DNA of 64,000 bases from Squalus acanthias (taxonomy: Eukaryota), in the NCBI GenBank assembly GCA_030390025.1, contig CM059438.1, forward strand, positions 65,348,001 through 65,412,000. Reading direction: 5' to 3'. Below, one piece after another: positions 39,445 to 51,574 of the stretch; position 1 is the stretch's first letter, and each line of letters opens with the position of its first letter. The notes beneath the pieces are model-generated. The model worked only from the letters and a program-made list of their open reading frames with translations. It was not told where the DNA came from and did no database searches. A program made the translations under genes and the position numbers.

Positions 39445-40209
39445 GGGCCCAGATTTTCCGATCGGAGGCTTCCTGCGTGCGGATGCCTCCAATCTGGAAA
39501 AACATCTACGCCCTTACCTGAGGGCTCCGGAGGTCCGGACACTTCTGCTCCTGGGCCTCTCCACAGAGGCCCAGGTATCCCAGGGGCGCAGGCAGATCGC
39601 AAGCGTCCCTGGGATCACCTGGGCCATGGGGAACCAATGGAAGAAGGGAATCCCCCTTCACAGTTTTGACAGGTCTCTCAGCTTAGACCTTTCAAACGTA
39701 TGAATGGGCATCACTCAAAAAACACACTAAAACATTAAATATATATTTTTTTTAAAACATCACGTATTTAAAATTAGTTAAAATTACATTAAATTAAATA
39801 TTTTAAACAAAAATGTAATTTTTTGAAAAAAATAATTAAAGTTTTTTACGGGGCTAAAAATAAACTTACCTTTTTTAAAAGTATTTTAAAATTATAAATG
39901 AGTGAAACAAAAATATGTTTTCACTTTTTTAAACTCTTATGCTGGTAAAAGCAGGCCTTACACATGATTTTACCAGGCGTAAGATTTTTAAGTGTTTTCA
40001 GCGGGAGGAGGTTCTGCAGAAAGTGGAACTTTCCACCCGCAGAGACCCTTCTCCCGGGCAGGCGGATGATCTGTCAAGAGGATTCTTGACAGATCGGAAG
40101 TGCCAGTTTTCAGCGCATGCGCTTCGCATGCCTGAAACCGGCACTTGCAAGGCCCCTACGGGTGTGTACACAACTCATACACACCCGTAGGGATCGGAAA
40201 ATATGGGCC
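39445..40209. mobile_element. Harbinger-type MITE
   Basis: GGCCCAGATTTTCCGATC...GATCGGAAAATATGGGCC; TSD not clean. Confidence 0.78.
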
Positions 40210-40254
40210 AACATCAAGACAGGGCTGTTACTAATATAAGAAGATTAAAAGAGA

Positions 40255-40605
40255 GAGAATATACAGCACAGAAGCAGGCCATTCGGCCCAACTGGTCCAT
40301 GCTGGTGTTTATGCTTCACGCGAGCCTCTTCCCACTCTATCTCATCTAACACTATCAGTGTAACCTTCTATTCCTTTTGTCCTCATGTGTTTATCTAGCT
40401 TCCCCTTAAATGCAACTATGCTATTCGCCTCGACTACTCCATGTGGTAGCAAGTTCCACATTCTAAGCACTCTCTGGGTAAAGAAGTTTCTCCTGAATTC
40501 CTTATTGGATTTATTAATGACTCTTATATTTATGGCCCCTAGTTTTGGTTTCCCCCACAAGTGGAAACATCTTCTCTATGTCCACCCATTCAAACCCTTT
40601 CATTA
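40255..40605 (-). mobile_element. CR1 3' end
   Basis: FRRNFFTQRVLRMWNLLP. Confidence 0.8.
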
Positions 40606-41073
40606 TCTTCTCAGACATTCATCACTTTTAATGGATTTAAAATGGGAAAATATTTTATTGGTGCCTCACAGTAGTCTTATTATTCCATTATTATTAAGGC
40701 TGTCCTTCACTGGCTCATCGGAAAAATATTCAAGGAACCTGTTTCGTGAAGCAGTTCTCCTTGTATTATTATCACTCTTGAGTGTAATCATTATTCAAAT
40801 GCCTTAATTCTCAGCCAGGAGATGGGTGTTTTGGCTATAAGGACTGCATGTAAGCCTGATGTTTATGGACAGTTTTGTCAGTTTTCATTTGAGCCTTGGG
40901 CTCATGATAAGGGCAGGGGAAGAAGAGATGGACTGACACATCAGTTCATCGTGTAAGTAGATCTCATCTGAGCAAATGGAGCAGCATTGATGATAATTTG
41001 CCTTTTAGTGTAAATCGTAGCTTTGTCTATGATTCTAATTGGCTCTCCTGTGGTGCATTTGTATGGAGACATA

Positions 41074-41764
41074 GGAGGAGAAATTCGGTCCAACCCCGTT
41101 TGGGGCGCTAAAATTTTAAAAGTTGAAAAATTAGCGCCAGGCGCTAATCATTCTTGCCTCCTGCGAAATTCAGTTTTAGCGCTCCAAGAGGAAGTGGAGC
41201 GCTAAATCAAGTGCAACCACTTCTGTTAGGGCGCTAAAGTCCGAGAGTGGGGTGGTAGCGGCAGAGCGCTAAACAATTTTGAGCGTGTTGTAAACGGCGC
41301 TCTTTCATCACAGAGGCTGCTTCCCTCGCTTACAGGGAAGGGCCAATGATGCTGCACAAGCTCGTTGTCATCAGTTCTGTTTTGCAAGGTGACCTGGGCG
41401 ACTGTCATTACAGCCCCAAACACTCTCACAAAGTGGAGGGCTTGGACATCTTGCACCAATGAAACATTAAATCTTTGCTCAGGCGCCAAACTGGTGCAAA
41501 TAATAAAGGGTGCACTAGCTGAAAAGCATTCCCTTTAATTACTGCTCCTGAAGCGGCCAGTCTTGTTCACAACCCCTCCTCTTGCTGGCGTTGTCGGCAC
41601 GAGGCGATAAAGCAGGGGGCGTGAGTGACTTTTCCATCCGGGGCGATAACGGGGCGCTGTGCACTTTATGAAATCATGATCTGCAAGGCGCTAGAGGCCC
41701 AGGCGCTAAACTGGCACTGAAGTTCGCAGGCCTCTGCGAAACGCTCCAAGATATCTGCACTCTT
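41074..41764 (+). mobile_element. Harbinger MITE lacking its right terminus, fused to the large element
   Basis: Left TIR GGAGGAGAAATTCGG; 41590-41710 resembles the right arm at 45660-45800; preceded by ATA. Confidence 0.7.
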
Positions 41765-42125
41765 GGGGGGAAAAATTAGGTCGCGCCCCGTTTGGGGCGC
41801 AAATATCGTCTGGACGCAAATATTAGCGCCTGGCGCTAATTATCGCCACTGACTGGAAACTTCACTTTTACCGCCCCGGGAGGTGAGTGGAGCGCTAAAT
41901 CAGGCGCTGCACACCTGTCTTAAGGCGCAAAGGCCGAGCAGTGAGGCGCTAACTCAGCGCGCGAGCGCAGCGCAGGTGCTGCCAGTTAGCGAGGGAACAC
42001 AGACACACTGGCGCCGGCCAGTTCTTAAAGCGGGGGGGGGCCAACTTGCTCCCCAGCCACACCCCGCACATTGCAGCCTTGAATCTCGGCCTGGAGAGAC
42101 CTGTGAATCCATTTTGCTGCCAAGG

Positions 42126-43938
42126 ATGGAGAGGGTGAGAGAACGAGCTCATCGCTTCACCGAGCGGGCCTTGGATGCTCTGGTTGGCGCGGTGGAGCGC
42201 AGAAGATGTATACTCTTCCCTGAGAGTGGCAGGAGGCCTTTGTCACGCGAGTACAGAAGAGTGTGGAGGGAGGTGGCTCAGAGCGTCTCCTCCAGGAGCA
42301 TGGTGCCCAGGACCCATGTTCAATGCCGCAAAAAGTTCAACGACCTCACTCGGGTCGTCAGGGTGAGTGGCTTTTTCTCAATACCTCTCCATCCCTCCAT
42401 CTCAACCTCACTCTATGGCCAGAGGGTCTTAAAACCCCAATGCACAAAACTCATCCAACACCTATGGCCCTTTCATGAAACACACACACACATTCCACAC
42501 TTTGCATACAGTAAGGGCTATTCATCTATGGGAGGCACATCAGGCAAGACCATGGCTGCATACAGTAAGGGCTATTCACCTATGGGAGGCACATCAGGCA
42601 AGACCATGGCTGTATATTTACTCAGATGCTGTCCTTTTTCTTACAGGCCAAGCTGGCGCATAATCGGAGACAGCAGCAACGGACAGGTGGAGGGCGGCCT
42701 CAGCTGCAACCCCTCAGCGATCTTGAGGAGCGCGTCCACAGGATTGTGGCAAGCCGAGTGATCGGTCCCGTTGCCACTGGAGACGCCGACCCCGTTCTGG
42801 ACAGCAATGGTAAGGTCATCACCTTTTTGTCCTCTGTCCTTCCACTTGTCCCTCACAACACCAGCCTTTGACACTTTCAATCCAACTTGCTAACTCGCTG
42901 CACTTATTCCTCCCTTACTGCCACCCTGTCCTCACGCTAAAGCCACTCTTGTACCTCCCTGCTTTCAGATGTTGATTCACCAGCTGAGGAGACGGGCCCT
43001 GAAGCTGCCACTGGGAGTGAAGCTGCAGCCGAGGAGGAAGAGGAAGCCGGAGCATCAGTGCCACCCTCTCCCGAGGAAGCCCATGCCCACACTGGGAACA
43101 CGCCTTCCCTGGAGGGGCGCAGGGGGGAAGGGTCTGATGAGGGTGTAGCTCCAGGACCCAGCGGGCTGCAGCAACGCCATGGGGGTAGGGAAGAACGGGG
43201 GCCTTCTCCCCAGAGGGAGAGTATGCCAGAGACTCCTACTGCAATGGACGCAGAGGAGGAGCGGCTGATCGCAGAAATGAACACCCAGGCGGTGGGCATG
43301 CACACTGAGCTCATGGGTGCAGTGGGAAGGGTGCCCGAATGCATTGAGTCACTGGCAAGGAGCACTTCGCTGTAGCAAAGGCGGATGCCACACTAACGCT
43401 TAGTGCAGCAATTCAGTCACTGGCTGCCGTGATCCCATCTCTGACTGCTCTCATGCAGACTCAGATTGAGGCCACGCGAGCACAGACTGCTGCCAACCTC
43501 GATGGTTCGTTCACATGTCCCCGGGGCTCTCACCGCGCCGCAGCAGGCCAGCAATCTGTTCTCCAGCAGATTGCTCCGGATGCTGAAGTGCTGCCCCGTG
43601 GGAGTGCCAGTGTGTCGGGCGAGCAGGGAGTTGCTGTCCTCTCTCACGATGACAGCATTCCTGCTGCCAACACTGTCACTTCTCCACTGCACTTGCCACC
43701 GCCTGTAGGACAGACTGCTGCCGCCCATGCAGAGTTGGTGCAGTCTGCAGCCGGGCCCTCCAGGCCCAGAACTGGTCGAGGCCGTCCTTCAGGGGCATCT
43801 GCAGTGTCAGGGTCTGACGATCAGCAGCCTTCCACCAGCCTTGCTGCAGCTACTGAGGTCCCATTACGGAGGAGCAGTAGGGTTAGAAGGGGGGAAGTGC
43901 GCAAGGGAAGGAGATCACCCTCGAAGGGCAAAAAGTAG
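42126..43938 (+). CDS. Harbinger Myb/SANT-like DNA-binding protein; exons 42126-42362, 42647-42809, 42969-43938; one frameshift near 43367
   Basis: RFTERALDALV..V......LFP...WREVA...RT..QCRKKFNDL; GT-AG sites join in frame; TAG 43373, then the alternative frame is open to a basic C-terminus. Confidence 0.85.
42503..42610. repeat. 54-bp tandem duplication in Myb intron 1
   Basis: TGCATACAGTAAGGGC...GACCATGGC twice, 1 mismatch. Confidence 0.9.
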
Positions 43939-44250
43939 GAGGTGTGACAAAATGCTGGTCATTTTTGTATTAAAGGCCGAGGTTCATGGTCCAACTTTTG
44001 TTTAGTGTTTTGGACATTATCTCCAGGTTGTGAGAACCAGTTATGTTATTGACTGTTTTTTTGTGTTTATTTCTATGAGTTTGTCATGAGGAATTGACAC
44101 ACACAGAGTTTGTAAAATAAATAAGTTTCTGTATTCAAAATATACATGGTTGGTGTTTGGAATTATTGGTGCCTTGGCCAGCTTAGGGGTTGCGTGCTGG
44201 GTTCATTGATGTTGTTAGCAATGGCAGAAGCCATTTCCACAGCAGGGGCC

Positions 44251-45411
44251 CTAGAAGCGGCTTGCTATCAGCCGTTGACGGACGGCCCTTGCAGTTTCAC
44301 CATTGTGGGCCGCCCTCCCGCCTTGGTGCTGCTGATGATCATCCTCCTCGTCCTCTTCCTCCTCTTCCTCCTCCTCCTCTGGTGGTGCTCCAAGGCCTGG
44401 TGGCATTGGCTGGGTCCTGACGATTGCCATGTTATGCAACATGCAGCACACAACTACGAAGTTGGATACTCGTTCAGGCGAGTACTGCAGGGCTCCTCCA
44501 GAATGGTCGAGACAGCGGAACCGTTGCTTCAGCACGCCGATTGTGCGCTCAATGATGTTCCTGGTAGCTTGATGGCTCTCATTGTACCGCAGCTCAGCAG
44601 GGGTGTTGGGCGTACGGAGCGGTGTCATCAGCCAGGTGCTCAATGGATACCCCTTGTCCCCGAGAAGCCAACCAACTGGCTGATGCGGTGCCTCGAAAAG
44701 TTCTGCCACAGTAGTCTGGCGCAGGATAAAAGCATCGTGGCAGCTGCCAGGATAGTGGGCATTGACAGCGAGTATCAGCTGTCTGTGGTCACAGACCAAC
44801 TGAACATTCAAGGAATGGAACCCCTTTCTGTTCCGGAATTCCTTGGCATTCTCATGTGGAGCACGCAAAGCCACATGCGTGCAGTCAATAGCGCCCTGCA
44901 CCATGGGGAAGCCCGCTATCCTCGCAAAGCCCAGAGCGCGGTCACGCTGCTTGTCTGGGGTCATGGGGAAAGAGATGAACTCTCGTCTCCTTTTAAAGAG
45001 GGCATTTGTGACCTGCCGGATGCAGCAATGCACCGCGAACTGGGAGATATTGGCGAGGTCCCCAGCAGCAGCTTGAAATGAGCCAGTAGCATAGAAGTTG
45101 AGAGCCACTGTGACCTTCACTGCCACCGACAGAAACGTCCTGGACCTCAGTTGAGGCTGCAGATCTGGCTGCAGCAGGTGGCAGAGCTCAGTGACCACCT
45201 CCTTGCTGAATCGCAGCCTTCGCAAACACAGCTCCTCAGACATATGAATGTAGGAGAGCTGTTCACGATATACCCTGGGAGGGTAAGCTCTCCTGTACAT
45301 ACGCCTGTTGGCCCTCCTCCGTCTGGCCATCATTGCCACTCTCTCTCTGCGTCTCTGTGTCCTCCGATTCAGCTGGAGCAGGACGACGCCCCCAATCAGT
45401 GCAGCCCCCAT
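44251..45411 (-). CDS. Harbinger (HARBI1-like) DDE transposase, 386 aa from ATG 45411
   Basis: Uninterrupted ORF; GAIDCTHV, NRKGFHSLNVQLVCD, PGSCHD, LLGDKGY, RNIIERTIGVLKQRFRCL, CCMLHN. Confidence 0.95.
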   Translation of the reverse strand: MGAALIGGVVLLQLNRRTQRRRERVAMMARRRRANRRMYRRAYPPRVYREQLSYIHMSEELCLRRLRFSKEVVTELCHLLQPDLQPQLRSRTFLSVAVKVTVALNFYATGSFQAAAGDLANISQFAVHCCIRQVTNALFKRRREFISFPMTPDKQRDRALGFARIAGFPMVQGAIDCTHVALRAPHENAKEFRNRKGFHSLNVQLVCDHRQLILAVNAHYPGSCHDAFILRQTTVAELFEAPHQPVGWLLGDKGYPLSTWLMTPLRTPNTPAELRYNESHQATRNIIERTIGVLKQRFRCLDHSGGALQYSPERVSNFVVVCCMLHNMAIVRTQPMPPGLGAPPEEEEEEEEEDEEDDHQQHQGGRAAHNGETARAVRQRLIASRF

Positions 45412-45935
45412 AGTCTCTTTGCAAGCAAAGTAATGAAGGACAGCAACCAAAGTAGCAGCGAAGTTAGGATCAGTAGGCAAAACTACCTCACAAAGCGTTG
45501 ACTCAATGCAGAAGTCTCTCTTTCTCTCTCTCCGAATCTCTCTCTCTCTCTCAGAACGAGTGGTGCAAAAATGTCAACCACAGAAAAAGACAGGAAGAGG
45601 CCCCCTTTAAATAGCCCCCCCCCCCCAGCCCCACAGCGATTGATAGCGTTCCAGTCTTCCGGTCGTTGGATGCGCCAGGCGGTAAGGCAGGGGGCGCCAC
45701 TCAATTTCCACTCCGGGGCGCCACAAGGGCGTTGCACCATGGAATGACGTCACAATCTGCGCGCGCAGGTGGTCGCAGCGGTAAAGTTTAGCGCCGCCGC
45801 ACAATGTCTAGTTAAGTTCCCGAGCGGCGCAAACATCGCTGCGCCCGGACGTTAGCGGCTTTGCGCCCCATTAGCGCCCTCTTAAGGCGCTAACGGGAGG
45901 CGCAACCAACTGAATTTTTACCCCATAGAGTCATA

Positions 45936-46650
45936 GGGCTGGATTTTGTCTTGGGGTCAGGTTGGAGTCATGTCATCCGCATTTCGTGTTATCCACCCGC
46001 CTGAAATTGGATGTGGGAGATTGATGCAATTTTCACTTAATTGGGCAATTGAGTTCCAGCATGTGGGAACCCATGAACCAATTAGTGGTTTCGGTCTGAA
46101 AGTCGCCTCTGATGATGTCATCATTGTAGGTCAGAGACTGCCTGGTCTGGTCTCAGAGATTGCCTGGCCTTTGCTGTGAGAGGACCTGGATGCAAGAGCA
46201 GCATCTCAGGAGAGAGAGAGAGAGGAGAGAGAGAGGCCCCAGCAGTCTCTGAAGACATCAAAGGCGACTTTCAGACCTAATACTACTACTACCTTCATCA
46301 CATCTCCGTTGTAAGAGTGGACCTGCAGCTGATAGTCAGCTATCCACTTGTGCTCCCGCCAGGTTTCACTGGCGTGTTTCACATCAGGCGCGCTTCACGT
46401 GGGAAAAGGGTTAAACTAGCTAAAACGTTTCAAAATGGCATTACGGAGCCAATTTAGGGCTTGTTAAGGGCTTTAATGGCCTCTCCCGCCTCTTGGAGGC
46501 GGGATGGAGTCGGGAACACCGCACACGATTTTATCAAAACTGCGTGGAGACGGGTTGGAGGCGGGATGGGGTCGGGGACCCCGAATCTGCAACTTAAACC
46601 CCCCTACACGCCTCCAAACCCGACTCCACGGGTCATTCAAAATCCAGCCC
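45936..46650. mobile_element. Harbinger-type MITE (family C)
   Basis: Perfect TIR GGGCTGGATTTTG...CAAAATCCAGCCC; TSD ATA. Confidence 0.9.
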
Positions 46651-46694
46651 ATAGAGTCATAATGGCACTGAAGGAGGCCATAGAGCAATCCAGT

Positions 46695-47002
46695 CCCATT
46701 CCCCGCTCTCCTCCAATTCTGGCCTCTTGCGCATCTCCGATTTTAATCGCTCCACCATTGGCGGCCATTACTTCCGCTGCCAAGGCCCTAAGCTCTGGAA
46801 TTCCCTCCCTAAACCTCGCCGCCTCTCTACCTCCTTTCAGATGCTCCTTACAACCTACCTCTTTGACCAAGCTTTTGGGCACCTGTCTCCTTATATCTCC
46901 TTATGCGGCACGGTGTCAAATTTTGTTTGATAATGCTCTTGTGAAGAGCCTTGGAACATTTTACTACATTAAAGGCGCTATATAAATACAAATTTTTGTT
47001 GG
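46695..47002 (+). mobile_element. L2 3' end
   Basis: Colinear with 1360-1670. Confidence 0.75.
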
Positions 47003-47289
47003 TATTACATTGTGGAAAATTTGAATCTCACTGGACCAAACAGTCCATCATAAAATCTTGCCATCAATAAAACATGTTTTTCCCAAGATATGCATTCAGA
47101 AATACTTAAAATATTGCAGCATAATCTGAATTTTTAATGCAGAAATTAGACCAGACAAAACAAAGCTTCAATTACTGGTCTTGAACTTGGAGCCTAACAT
47201 GTTAATACACTGAAAGAAGCTTCAATCAGGGGTCAGGAGACTGATCTGGCATTTCTACAACTTCTCTCTTCCCAGTTTCTCAAATACGT

Positions 47290-48430
47290 AAGTGGGTACA
47301 GTAACATAATGGTTATGTTACTGGACTAGTAATCCAGAAGACCTGGACTAATGATCTGGAGACACGAGTTCAAAGCCCACCATAGCAGCTGGTTAAATCT
47401 GGAATAAAAAGCTAGTATTAGGGACAATGGGCTGGATTTTGAATGAGCCGTGGAGTCGGGTTTGGAGGCGTGTGGGGGGTTAAATTTGCGGGGTCGGGGG
47501 TCCCGACCCCATCCTGACTCCATCCTGCCTCCACGCAATTTTGACAAAATCAGTCGCAGGGTTCCCGACTCCGTCCCACCTCCAAGAGGCGGGAGAGGCC
47601 ATTAAAGCCCTTATGAAGCCCTAAATTGGCTTTGTAATGCCATTTTGAAATGTTTTAGCTAGTTTAACCCTTTTCCGACGTGAAGTACGCCTGATGTGAA
47701 ACACTCCAGCGAAACCTGGCGGGAGCACAAGTGGATAGCTGACTATCAGCTGCAGGTCCACTGTTACAACGGAGATGTGATGAAGGTAGTAGTAGTATTA
47801 GGTCTGAAAGTCGCCTCTGATGCTGCTCTTCAGAGACTGCATGGCCTTTGCTGTGAGAGGACTTGGATGCAAAAAAATTCTCTCTCTCTCTCTCTCTCTC
47901 TCCATTTTGCATCTAGGTCCACTCACAGCAAAAGCCAGGCAAGTCCTCTCTCACCAACAGCCAGGCAGTCTCTGAAACCAGGCAGGCAGTCTCTGACCTG
48001 CAATGCAGCAGCAATGATGACATCATCAGAGGCGGCTTTCAGACTGAAACCACTAATTAGTTCATGGGTTTCCACATGCTGGAACTCAATTGCCCAATTA
48101 AGTGAAAATTGCATCATTCATCCACATTAATCTGGAGTCAGGGGGGAACACGAAATGTGGATGACACGACCCCAACCCGACCCCAAGACAAAATCCAGCC
48201 GAATGAAACTACCAGATTGTCATAAAAACCCATTTGAATCACTAATGTCCTTTAGGGATGGAAATCTGCCATCCATACCTGGCCTATGTGTGACTCCAGA
48301 CCCAAATCAATGTGATTGACTCTTAGCTGCCCTCCAAGAAGGCAACTCACCACCAACTTCTCAAGGGCAATTAGGGATGGACAATAAATGCTGGCCTTGC
48401 CAGCAACGCTCACATCCTGTGAATGAATTT
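47290..48430 (+). mobile_element. tRNA-derived SINE interrupted by a MITE
   Basis: GAGTTCAAAGCCC B box; tail shared with the 18212-19012 LINE. Confidence 0.7.
47429..48201. mobile_element. Harbinger-type MITE (family C), inverted relative to 45936-46650
   Basis: GGGCTGGATTTTG...CAAAATCCAGCCG; TSD AAT. Confidence 0.88.
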
Positions 48431-49045
48431 TTAAAAAGTGCCATGTGCAACTTAATACTAACAAATGTAAAGTATTGAGCACTGGAAGGCAAAATGGGCC
48501 GCTAAAAATGAGGTTATAAGAGACTTGGTAAACTTGATACTCAACATGTCCAACTAAGCTAGAGCACCAATCACCAAAACCAATATTGGACTACATATCC
48601 AAAACTCTAGAGTACCAGTCAGAAGAAGTCATGACTAAACGGTATAGCATTCTGCCAAACCAGACCTTTAAGTGCTGTTTCCATTCCTGGTCACAAAGTG
48701 ACAAGGGAGATATTCAAGCGTTGATGGAACTGCAGAGTAGAGCCACAAGGCTGAATCAGTTCGTGTGTTGAAAAGAGAAGATAGATAATTATTTAGGAAT
48801 TAAGGGTGTACAGGAATATGGGGAGGAGACAGGAATTGTGATTGGAGATAGAATTTCTGTAGCTAACAAAATACCGTAGCAGGTTCAATGGGCTGAAAGG
48901 CCTGCACCTGTTTCTGAGCTCCCAACGTATCCTCTCTGGAATTGTCACTACTGTATGATGCGTATTTCTTATGAGGCACCAGTGAAAAGAAATCAACCAT
49001 GTTGTAGAGCCCACACATAAAACAAATTGTTTGTTCAGATTGTAA

Positions 49046-49880
49046 GGGGGCGATTTTGCCAATGGGGGCGCATTGGAGGCGGGACTGCTGCTTGTCGGTT
49101 CGATGTCCCGCCTCCATCGATTTTTGGCCAACCCACGCTATTTTCCCTTGATTGACCTTGTTAAGCCCACCCAGCGGGCTTAGCAGGCCAATTAAGGGAA
49201 AGCCGGTTACAGAGAAAGTCAGCGTATGACGTTTCATCTGTCAAAAATGTTTGACAGATGAACTGTCATCGTTTGACAGCTCTGTGAAGCTGTCAAACAC
49301 TGACATTCTCTGCAGTTTGTTGAGTTCTTGAATTCAAGACTCATCAAACCTCTTTCTTTAGCAGAAATGAGATGGTTGTTGGATTGGAGAATGCAGCAGC
49401 CATCTGTCATCGCTGCCACGGAAGTGCGAGACTCTCCGCATCCCCAACTCTTGAAGCCTGTAGGAAGAAACAAAGGTAAGTAAACTTTTTCTAACACTTT
49501 CCACTTACCTCACATATTACCTCTCCACACTTGCACCCATCACTTACCTTCACAGCGCAATTTTGCACCCCCGCAGTCCCACTGCTCACCTCGGTGACCC
49601 TGGCGGGGTTCAGAGCCATTGGGAAACCTGCACTTGTGTAGGTAAAATGGAGATAATCCTCTTATCTGCCTGTTAACTACCTGTTAACAGGCAGTTAAGT
49701 GGCTGTAATCCCCTTCCCGCCTCCAAGGAGACAGGACCCGGCGCGGGTCGGCTACTCGCCTCCTGGCAAGATGGCACGGAGGCGGGTTGGGGGCGGAATG
49801 GGTACCCGCCCCCAGATTCTGCCATTTTCTCGGCAGTCCCGCCTCCAAACCCACCTCCCAGGGCTGGCAAGATCGCGCCC
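49046..49880. mobile_element. Harbinger-type MITE (family A)
   Basis: GGGGGCGATTTTGCCA...TGGCAAGATCGCGCCC; flanks TAA/TTA. Confidence 0.85.
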
Positions 49881-51574
49881 TTAGTCTTCTCTTTGAAACT
49901 AGCTCTTTTCCTGTTAGTTGTTTACACCTCCAGCTGATTTACCCCTTCAGAAATTCCTGTTGCCCTTTCCTCCATAGGCTTTTATGCGTTTTGATGTAAA
50001 AACAAAATGGAGCACTTGAGACATCACAGTATGTTCAGAGCAGTTCAGCCATCACACCTCAACATTTGTAATTCTGACCAGTGTGATGGTGCTGACAAAT
50101 GGACAGTTGGGGGCATTTAAAATGGATTGATGACATTGTCATGGACCCTGTTGTTGAAATGGCTGTATTCAGTGTTATATTAATCTGCGTCTTTACTGTA
50201 TAAGCATCAATCTTCCACATAACCATGGATTACGATTTTAGGTTTGGAAACCATGTCAATTATGTATTCTCTACATATTTCAAAGTACAGCTTTTTCACC
50301 ATTACATTTGGTACTGAGTTTCTGTCAATCAAAAAGAGCTCTAGAAATGTATTGAATGGGAGACCCATGCAGGATATAGCAGAGGCTTTATACACAGTCA
50401 TGCTGGCTAATGAATAATAGCTCTTTAATGTACTAATCAGGGTTGATTTAGGGAGGTACCAAATGAAGGCAAGGCAGAGGAGTCAACCCGTCAGAGTCTC
50501 TCAACACTTACCAATTCCTGGTTCCAGGTGGTGGTGCCAAGGGCTAGACATTATGTTGGCTGTTCACATTCAATAAGAGAATGGAAGATAGCAAAAATCT
50601 CCTCCATATGTTCATGGCCCACACCTCTAATCCAAGCTACAGCCGTATAAAATCAATCCTCGACCGAATTAGTGCAGAGTTGGGGAAAAAAATGAAACCA
50701 GCTTTATCACAAGCTGGTGGCATTGGAGAAACCTTGTGAGTTGAAGAAATAGTATATAAATCCACTAATGTCCCATCTTTTTATTAATATTTTGCCTTTA
50801 TGCACATCGGATTAAATGAAGTGGAAATCCACAAGCCTTAAAAGGGGTAACTGGTACATGTTATAATTTAGTTTTTGTTTCTTTGCCTGTATAACAATAT
50901 AAATCACAAAAAATAAACTTCTAATCCGTTGAGGAAGGTTCTTCAACCGTGAATTTTTTCCCCAGAAAAAAAAGTCTTCTTTCCCAGTTCAGTTCACACC
51001 TGCAAATGGAAGAAAGTAACTGTAGAAATATCCATTCCCCCACCAACACCCTGTAGCTTAAGGCTAATCAGCCTAACTGCTTCCATGCTGAAAGACATGA
51101 AAATCATTCATTGAGGCGCAGTGAGCAGTAAGAGGTTAGTTGAGAATACTGTGCTACACTGAAGGACCCCCAGTGTTTTCTCGTGCTGGAGTGTTCACTG
51201 ATTACCATGGACTGTGTTGATGAGCCCCAAAGTAATACCTATTATGAATGACTTGTTGCTGCCGTAATGAACAGAAAGCATTCCGTGAGGACAACATGAA
51301 TGGTTTAGCTCGAAACAGTCTTTTTCAGTCTTGCACTGTAGGGGGAACTAAGCCCTTGTGTTAAACAGCAATTCGTCCCTCATGTCTAAATATTCTGTCA
51401 GACTCGAGTTAAAATGGTTTGTTGTGAATGGGAGAAAGCGTCTATTTAGGTCTAATCCTAATGCAAGATGCTTCATGAGAGATCATGGGGAAATCGAGCC
51501 CTCCGTACATGAACACTTCTGCCTACTGTGTTCTCAGGAAGGTCATAATTTATTTCTTAAAACGGAAGCTTCTA

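Larger units (their letters stand above)
41765..45924. mobile_element. PIF/Harbinger DNA transposon, near intact
   Basis: TIRs GGGGGGAAAAATTAGG / ACTGAATTTTTACCCC; convergent Myb and transposase genes. Confidence 0.93.

Noticed and set aside
41883-42761. 292-aa ORF as a single protein
   Set aside because: Read-through of subterminal DNA, Myb exon 1 and intron 1; the spliced model fits better
44146-45081. 311-aa plus-strand ORF
   Set aside because: Antisense shadow of the transposase; no recognisable motifs
44251-45480. Host HARBI1 gene
   Set aside because: Lies between TIRs with a convergent Myb gene and has cognate MITEs, so it is a transposon transposase, not the domesticated gene
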